From assembly GCF_006345805.1 (NCBI RefSeq), contig NW_021823774.1:1-31713 (forward strand): a stretch of DNA of 31,713 nt, in the 5' to 3' direction. Below, in pieces: positions 24,020 through 31,713 of this stretch. Both the position numbers and the translations under genes were made by a program. The stretch's first letter is position 1; every line of letters begins with the position of its first letter. This stretch comes from Octopus sinensis. Its lineage: Eukaryota. The notes under the pieces were generated by a model. It ran no database searches, had not been told where the DNA came from, and saw only the letters and a list, made by a program, of their open reading frames with translations.

Positions 24020-24350
24020 TTCCTGTTAACGATGGAAAGACCATACCAATAGATCCATGTGCGTCTATCGAAATGCTCTTTCTAAACTATTCAAAACACT
24101 GCGCAGACTCCGAACAAACCCGACAAAATAGGGGATTGTGGTATATCGTCTAACGGTCAGAAATTTATCGAGAGAATATGTAAACAAAGATAAATGCGAT
24201 ACAATAAAATTAATTATAATCGCCGGTGTACCAGTACACGCCATATATTATACATATATCATTACATTCAAGGCGAAGAGTGTACTAGATACACAATAGC
24301 TGGATAAATTTAGTGAGATGAGAATTAAAAACTTTTACAAACTTAACTTT

Positions 24351-24423
24351 TCTTATACTGCAGTTTCGCCAAATTCAGTAATAAAAATAGTATTTATTTA
24401 CTCAGGCTGGCTCTTCAGTAAGA
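24351..24423 (-). ncRNA. Type I hammerhead ribozyme, array copy 8
   Basis: Core identical to copy 1. Confidence 0.88.
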
Positions 24424-24602
24424 TCCTGTTAACGATGGAAAGACCATACCAATAGATCCATGTGCGTCTATCGAAATGCTCTTTCTAAACTATTCAAAAC
24501 ACTGCGCAGACTCCGAACAAACCCGACAAAATAGGGGATTGTGGTATATCGTCTAACGGTCAGAAATTTATCGAGAGAATGTGTGTGTGTGTGTGTGTGT
24601 GT

Positions 24603-24633
<31 letters not shown>

Positions 24634-25003
24634 ATATATATATGTATATATATATATATATATACTGATAGAGGGAGTCAAAGAACAAGTATTGGGGAGA
24701 GAAAATTAGCGAAACACAAATAGATGGGGAGAGAGAGAGAGAAAGAGAAGGAGTAGGAGAGAGACGGAGAGACAGACAGACAGACTTTGGATACGTGAGT
24801 TATGAGAGGATACCTGTTAATATTGTTGTGGGAATCGAAACCTGTTCAGAATGATTAGACGTAGCATGTAGGGGCTAGTTTGGTGAAACAAAAATATATT
24901 TATACACACATGTGTGTGTATGTGTGTGTGTATATGTGAGTGCATATATATGTATGTATATATATATATAATATATATATATATATATAATATAATATAT
25001 ATA

Positions 25004-25069
<66 letters not shown>

Positions 25070-25543
25070 GTATATATATACATATATATATATATATTTA
25101 TACATACACATATATATAGCTGAAACGTAATAGTTTCTTCACTTTATGAAATAGATTATACATTGGAAAATAACTCAGTTAAAACACAAAAGTTATGGAA
25201 ACACGATTCCAGTTTTGGTGTTGTTCCTGCTTCTCTTGTCGTTGTTGTTATTTTCTTGTTCAGCTCCGACCATTGCATCATTGAGCAGACCAACTATCAA
25301 TCAATTAAACTATAGTTTTTGCTTGTTTTCTTTTATTTTTTTCATAGCTTTCTATTCTGTCACTTGTTACCGTGTTCTTAACTTCTCAAATGTTAGTGAT
25401 ATTCATTGCAAGATATACGATATCTAGTTTTAGTTTATCAAACGATCGCCTTGAGGATATCGCATCCGCTTCTTCAAGTTCAGGTACATTCGTTTTTGAA
25501 TAGTTTACGAGGAGTTCGAACAATATTTCTTTATAAGATGTTA

Positions 25544-25951
25544 TTCTTTTCTACTCTAGACACAAGGCCTGATTTTTTTTTTTTGTGGGGGAGGGGGCCA
25601 ATAGATTATATCGACTCCAGTACGCAACTGGTACTTAATTTATCGATTCCGAAACGTTGAAAGGCAAAGTCGACCTCAGCGAAATTTGAACTCAGAACAT
25701 AAAGACAGACGAAATACCTATTTCTTTACTACCCATAAGGGGCTAAACACAGAAGGGACAAACAAAGACAGACAAACGGATTAAGTCGATTATATCGACC
25801 CCAGTGCGTAACTGGTACTTATTTAATCGATCCCGAAAGGATGAAAGACAAAGTCGACCTCGGCGGAATTTGAACTCACAACGTAGCGAAAGACGAAATA
25901 CCGCTGAGGATTTCGCCCGTCGTGCTAACGTTTCTGCCATCTCTCCGCCTT
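25544..25951 (-). mobile_element. SINE dimer (full head unit plus head-truncated second unit)
   Basis: Two AAAGTCGACCTC..ATTTGAACTCA blocks on +; same family as 1-258. Confidence 0.9.
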
Positions 25952-27309
25952 CTTCCTGAGATGTTATTGTATGCGTTTAGCAGGACATACGACTACTATT
26001 TTTAGTTTAGCAAGGGCGAGGACAATACACCGGTGCGTTCGAGTTAACGTACCCATAATTTTGAATGTTCCATGGAGATTTCCAAGAATACTAGGATGTT
26101 ATAGAAATATCCTTATGGAGCGAGTATTCCAGTCCTCTCTTTGAGGTTTTTAATGAGCAGTCGACCCTGTTCACTGAGTTTATTTAACAGCTACGGTATT
26201 ATAATTATATTTAGGTAATAAAATGATTTGCCTTATAAATAAAGTATTGCTGGGATGAACGATTCCACGAGAATTGAACCGTTTCTACTTTATTTATCAG
26301 AAATTCATAATTTTTTCTTTCTTTCTTATACATTAACTTGTCTTTTATCTTCAGATCTGAATGGAATCATAGAGTTGTCGTCGTTAATCTCAGTGATTTG
26401 TCAGAGAGTTTCATCATAGTTCTGTAGATTTTATTGTAGTCGAGCTGATTGAGAATGTGAAACACGGAGGAAAATAGAGAGAAAAAAATACTTTCTACAA
26501 TAGACACAAATCAGACATTTTAGTGGAAGAGGCGAGTAGTTTACAGATTTTAATGTTCAACTGGAACTTAGTTTATCGTCCCCAAAACGATAAACAGCAA
26601 AGTCGGTATCAGAAATGGAATTCGATTCCGGTGTTCACTCTGCAAAGGTGTAAAGGTTATTTGAATTCAAACTGGGGCGAAACGATTAACAAGGAATTCT
26701 AGTTGACACTCAAATGATTCGTTGTCATTTCACAACTCATGCAGATTTTAATAAAGAAAAATGCAAGATCTATATATCAGAATTTAGTATACGAGATTTA
26801 AGGCAAATACGACTTATCCAAAACATTTTACCGATAAAAGAATTGATCGATGTAACTGCCTGTTAAATCAACAGGTTATTGTATAGTTTAAAAAACAAAC
26901 AAATAGCGAATCTTTGAAAATGCTATAACTACAGCTTTCATTAAAATAAGCACTGTTATTTAAAACAGCGAAAAAAATTGAACGAAGTACTAAAAAATAT
27001 TGAGAATTTCAAAAGCGTTTTTAAGATCTCATTGAATCATTTCAAGAGTACAGTCTTCATGTCAGCTATTTCTGTTCAGTTTCCTGTAACGGAAGATTAT
27101 GAAGTTTTTATGTAATTTTGTTAAGCTAATGATTTCTTCGCAAAATAATACGTTAGCGCCATTTTCAAAATATTGATTTAATTAGCGCAGTTTATGAAGC
27201 ATCTATGATAAAAGTCATAAAGAGGCGTTAAGATAAACTACATTGGTTTATGTAATTTAAGTATAAATATCACACACGCACATGCATACAAACCGCCATA
27301 TCAGATACA

Positions 27310-27483
27310 TTTAACCTATATATATATATATATGCATTATGTATGCGTATATGTGTGTGTGTTTGTATACATATATACAAGTATACATATATACAAGGTA
27401 CGTACCAACCTACATATATGTATATATATATATATATTATATATATATATATATATAATATATATATATTATATATATATATT

Positions 27484-27571
<88 letters not shown>

Positions 27572-27640
27572 ATCTATATATATATACATAGACACACACA
27601 CTCACACACACGCACAAGGAAACATATATATATATATACG
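27310..27640. repeat. (TA)n/(CA)n microsatellite
   Basis: Direct reading. Confidence 0.95.
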
Positions 27641-29204
27641 TCATTTAAACTTAATAAAGGTGTCTTTAAATAAAACCTGACATTAGACTCCTTTCTGTAT
27701 TAAGAATATTTGCAATAATTCTATTAATTGGTGATTCTAGCATCTGATGATTCGATCAATTTTTTCCCACCTATTTTCAGACTTTCGATCATTAGTTACC
27801 AATAAATTTTCACAACATTTTAACATGTTCCCAGTATTATTCGAGACACAATTCCTTTTGAATAATTTTTACATGGTTCATTTCCCGATAATAATTTCTC
27901 ATGTGCTAATACGGTGATATGAGTACACAAAGTATTATACAAAGAGTCCGCATAAGGCGACGGCGCGGTTAAAGAATGTCAAATGTAATCGTATCCTGGA
28001 GCTGTCCAAAATTCCCGATTAGGCCTGACTTTGAACTCAGAATTATAACAGATATGCCAGCCGCTGTCTGGGTTGATTTTTCTTTTACGCTATATTTAGG
28101 GATAGGAATAAACGTAACAATAGAGGGCTTAGTAAATTAATTTGGGAACTAAAAGACCACAATAAACAATTTAATTTAGATTGGTTGATTTTCTCAATTT
28201 CTATACTTCGTTCAATTTGTTTTTCAGCCCCAAGGAAAAGCTAAGTTAGGAGCACTAGATTCCTTGGAAGAAACAGCGAATGTGAACGAAAACAAGGACG
28301 AAAAAAATTAAGAAATGGTACACTAATACAAATGCAAATAAAGGAAATTAACAACAGGTTTCTTTCTACTAATGATGAATTAAATTAAACTGGACTATAA
28401 ATTAATTCACTGAAAATTGAATCTCACTTTATTAGCCATATCTAGGAGATCAATTTCGGAATAATGACGACGTTCGAAATCCAAATTGTTATGCAATTTG
28501 TGAAAGACGTATTTGAAGCAATTACACGTGGATTTAACTTTTGAACGTCACACTCAGCCCCATAGTAATTTCTTCTATAGTCAATATATGGAATCTATAG
28601 TCAAAGAGATCTTTTGATCATCGAATTATATATCTTGCCTTATGAGATGGATGTTATCCCTTTTGTTACTAATAAGATCCTTACGAAACGACTGTTGGAA
28701 AGGCCAGGAGTAGAATAAGGGACAATGCAGAAATTACGTATGCTGATCGGTTCCCTTCTATTAATGTAATTCTATAGAGTGTTAAGCATGAAAATTAAAT
28801 ATATAATACCCAGGTTGAGCTATTTTATGTAGTCTAATATGGAGTTTCGTGTAATTCGAAAACTTGGCTTCGTTGGATTCATGTCACATGGTAATGCAAA
28901 CTCACCGAATACTTGTGCTGGAACAGTTGGGGCGATGGTGATGATGGTGGTGATGGTTGTGATAGTGGTGATAGTGGTGATGGTGGCGACGATATTGATA
29001 ATGGAAACGGTAGCGATGGTGTTGATGGGAGTGGTAGCAGGTTATATCTGTTCTGGTTGTTTTTGTTGTAGTATATTTGTGATATTCATTAAATCGGTGA
29101 TCATGGAAGCAGGACATCTTAATGATTATGATGATGAGGAGGAGGAGTGGGAGGATGATGATAAGGGCGAGCATTGCTTGCATAAACGCCGCTCTCCAGT
29201 TCGT

Positions 29205-29277
29205 ATACATATGTATGTATATATATATGTATATCTATCTATCTATATATATATATGTACACGGAGACACACGTACG

Positions 29278-29329
<52 letters not shown>

Positions 29330-29386
29330 CATATAAATACATGCACATATATACATGTACATATATACACACACAAACATATATAG

Positions 29387-29448
<62 letters not shown>

Positions 29449-29625
29449 ATACACACACAGACACATACGTATATATATATATATACATAAATACAATCAT
29501 ATATAGACATACGCACACATACATATATACATGCATACATATATATATATATACATACACACATACATATATACATACATACATACATACATACATACAT
29601 ACATACATACATACATACATACATA
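29205..29625. repeat. (TA)n/(CA)n/(TACA)n microsatellite cluster
   Basis: Direct reading. Confidence 0.95.
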
Positions 29626-30059
29626 CCGTGTCCATGCTGAAGTGGCTCGCTCGCTCGCTTGCTTGCTTGCTTGCAGTGTAATATTAGCGATAATGCTTCA
29701 CGGAACCTTTTGCTCTTTCATCACCCTCGACGTATATCATTAGCGAAAGTGCAATGGAATTTGCGTTGGTGAAGCTTTATTGCTCTGAGACTACTTGACA
29801 TGGCTTGTGGTGAAATATGAACCCATAATCTCTTTAATACAGATAACGAACCAAAACTGAATGATTTGTACACGTCCAATTGTCTTGGAGATCAACGAGA
29901 TAATGTGGCGAGTGCTATTCCTTTATCATAGCTTAGCTGTCATGATTTATAACCTTGGATTAACAGCGGACGGTAATGCCGTCTATAAATTCGAATGATG
30001 GCTGTGCCGACCGGAGGAAATTTCTATCATTGCTAACGTTTCAAATAATGAGGATAGTG

Positions 30060-30090
30060 ATAATATTAATAATAGTAATAACAACGACCA

Positions 30091-30176
<86 letters not shown>

Positions 30177-30255
30177 CTAAACCACAATAATATCAATACT
30201 AATAGTGATGGTAATAATAACAGTGACAATAATAATAATAATAATAATAATAATG

Positions 30256-30291
<36 letters not shown>

Positions 30292-30414
30292 TAATAATAA
30301 TAATAATGATAATAATAAAAGAAAACCACAATAATATCAATTCTAACAGTGAGGGTAATAATAAGAGTGACAAAAATAATAATAATAATAATAATGATAA
30401 TAATAATAATAATG

Positions 30415-30445
<31 letters not shown>

Positions 30446-30853
30446 TAATAATAATAATAATAGTAATAATAATAATAATAAAAGAAAACCACAATAATAT
30501 CAACACTAATAGCGATGGTAATAATAACAGTGACAACGATAATGATAATAATAATAATGATAATAATAATAATATAATAATAATATAATAATAATAATAA
30601 TAATGATAATAATAAAAGAAAACCACAATAATATCAATTCTAACAGTGAGGGTAATAATAAGAGTGACAAAAATAATAATAATAATAATAATGATAATAA
30701 TAATAATAATGATAATAATAATAATAATAATAATAACAATAATAATAATAATAATAGTAATAATAATAATAATAAAAGAAAACCACAATAATATCAACAC
30801 TAATAGCGATGGTAATAATAACAGTGACAACGATAATGATAATAATAATAATG

Positions 30854-30882
<29 letters not shown>
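30060..30882. repeat. (GAT)n/(AAT)n tract with ~150 bp monomers in an alternating ~295 bp higher-order repeat
   Basis: AAACCACAATAATATCAA recurs at about 30179, 30322, 30486, 30620 and 30780. Two variants alternate: AACAGTGAGGGT..AAGAGTGAC and AATAGCGATGGT..AACAGTGAC. Confidence 0.9.
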
Positions 30883-30884
<2 letters not shown>

Positions 30885-31438
30885 ATGCCCTGATGCAGTA
30901 CCAGGCAGTGGCTCTCATGGCTTCTGATCTTAACTGATTGGAAGTGTTATCATGTACATTGTTTTGTCTTGGTATAAAAGATGGGCTACAGCAAATATTC
31001 TGCTCAATACCACAGATTTGCTTGTCAGTTGTTTGACTTTAACCGGTTGAGCATGTCCCTTAGTGGCTGACGATGTGTGCATCTCTGATCACGAGCAGAA
31101 GTAGTGGGGGAGCATCATAGCCATGTGTTGAGAGGGATTCTTTGGAGTTTGAATAATTCACCTCTGGAAACATGGGTGGTTCTTTCAACATCCTTAAACA
31201 ACCCTTATTCAGGGACCTTTTGAGCGGGATGGGCAACTCAACCTGAAGAAAATTCTAACTGGGCCCCAACTGCAGGTCATGTGCTGTTTATCTTGATATG
31301 AGATCACCATGTCGCGCACATATGGTTGTGATGATGTGCCTGGTGTACCCTTATCAGACGGGTAGTCATGATGGGTATATTGGGCTTCGTATATTTCACC
31401 CCAGTGTCACTTTGATGGCATGAACTGCTCTCTCACTC
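30883..31438. mobile_element. ~560 bp interspersed element inserted in an (AAT)n tract
   Basis: Complex ~45% GC sequence flanked on both sides by (AAT)n, with the higher-order monomer resuming at ~31470. I recognise it as an abundant octopus repeat; its class is uncertain. Confidence 0.7.
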
Positions 31439-31523
31439 AATAATAATAATAATAATGATAATAATAAAAGAAAACAACAATAATATCAATACTAACAGTG
31501 AGGGTAATAATAAGAGTGACAAA

Positions 31524-31560
<37 letters not shown>

Positions 31561-31713
31561 TAATAATATAATAATGATATGATAATAATAATAAAATAAT
31601 AATAATAATAATAATAATGATAATAATAATAATAATAATAATAATGATATGATAATAATAATATAATAATAATGATAATAATAATAATAATGATAATGAT
31701 GATGATGATGATG
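31439..31713. repeat. (AAT)n/(GAT)n tract, continuation of the 30060-30882 repeat
   Basis: Direct reading; includes one AACAGTGAGGGTAATAATAAGAGTGAC monomer. Confidence 0.95.

Larger units (their letters stand above)
21357..24580 (-). repeat. Tandem array of 8 x ~404 bp units, each containing a hammerhead; candidate non-LTR retrozyme or ribozyme satellite
   Basis: Units start at 21357, 21761, 22165, 22570, 22980, 23378, 23779 and 24182. They are near-identical and flanked by (TA)n on the left and (GT)n on the right. Confidence 0.95.

Noticed and set aside
21357-24580. CRISPR-like or exon-array interpretation of the tandem repeat
   Set aside because: The context is eukaryotic, there are no unique spacers, and the splice-like motifs are weak and overlap the ribozyme core.
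25430-25490. 50 nt exon-like segment (LSNDRLEDIASASSSS) ending CAG|GTACAT
   Set aside because: Weak acceptor and unidentifiable peptide; not distinguishable from chance.
26320-26430. Strong acceptor (..TTTTATCTTCAG|ATCTG at 26354)
   Set aside because: All frames close within ~25 codons, with no good donor and no recognisable peptide.
29976-30497. Asn/Asp-rich 173 aa ORF
   Set aside because: Translation of the (GAT)n/(AAT)n repeat.

Overview
AT-rich, microsatellite-saturated eukaryotic DNA, most likely an Octopus (cephalopod) intron or intergenic region. The species guess rests on my recognition of the tRNA-derived SINE family, not a database search. No protein-coding gene can be supported: nearly all ORFs in the track are translations of (TA)n, (CA)n, (TACA)n, (GAT)n or (AAT)n tracts. 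The window holds several tRNA-SINE copies (single, dimer, trimer), a ~400 bp non-autonomous Helitron, a ~560 bp element inserted in an (AAT)n higher-order repeat, and several fold-back (palindromic) elements. The main result is a set of minimal type I hammerhead ribozyme (HHR) motifs carried by at least four apparently unrelated small repeat families, plus half or degenerate motifs in others. The strongest case is an array of 8 head-to-tail ~404 bp units (21357-24580), each with a minus-strand HHR (7 of 8 with an intact core). This is the architecture of animal non-LTR retrozymes and ribozyme satellites. Each family has a different self-complementary stem-III loop (ATAT, AGCT, GTAC, CTAG, TGCA), consistent with dimeric hammerheads. 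Most run 3' into (TA)n tracts, and three fold-back junctions fall at or inside the ribozyme, suggesting Penelope-like (PLE) mobilisation. All ribozyme calls come from manual base-pairing; none was tested computationally or biochemically.
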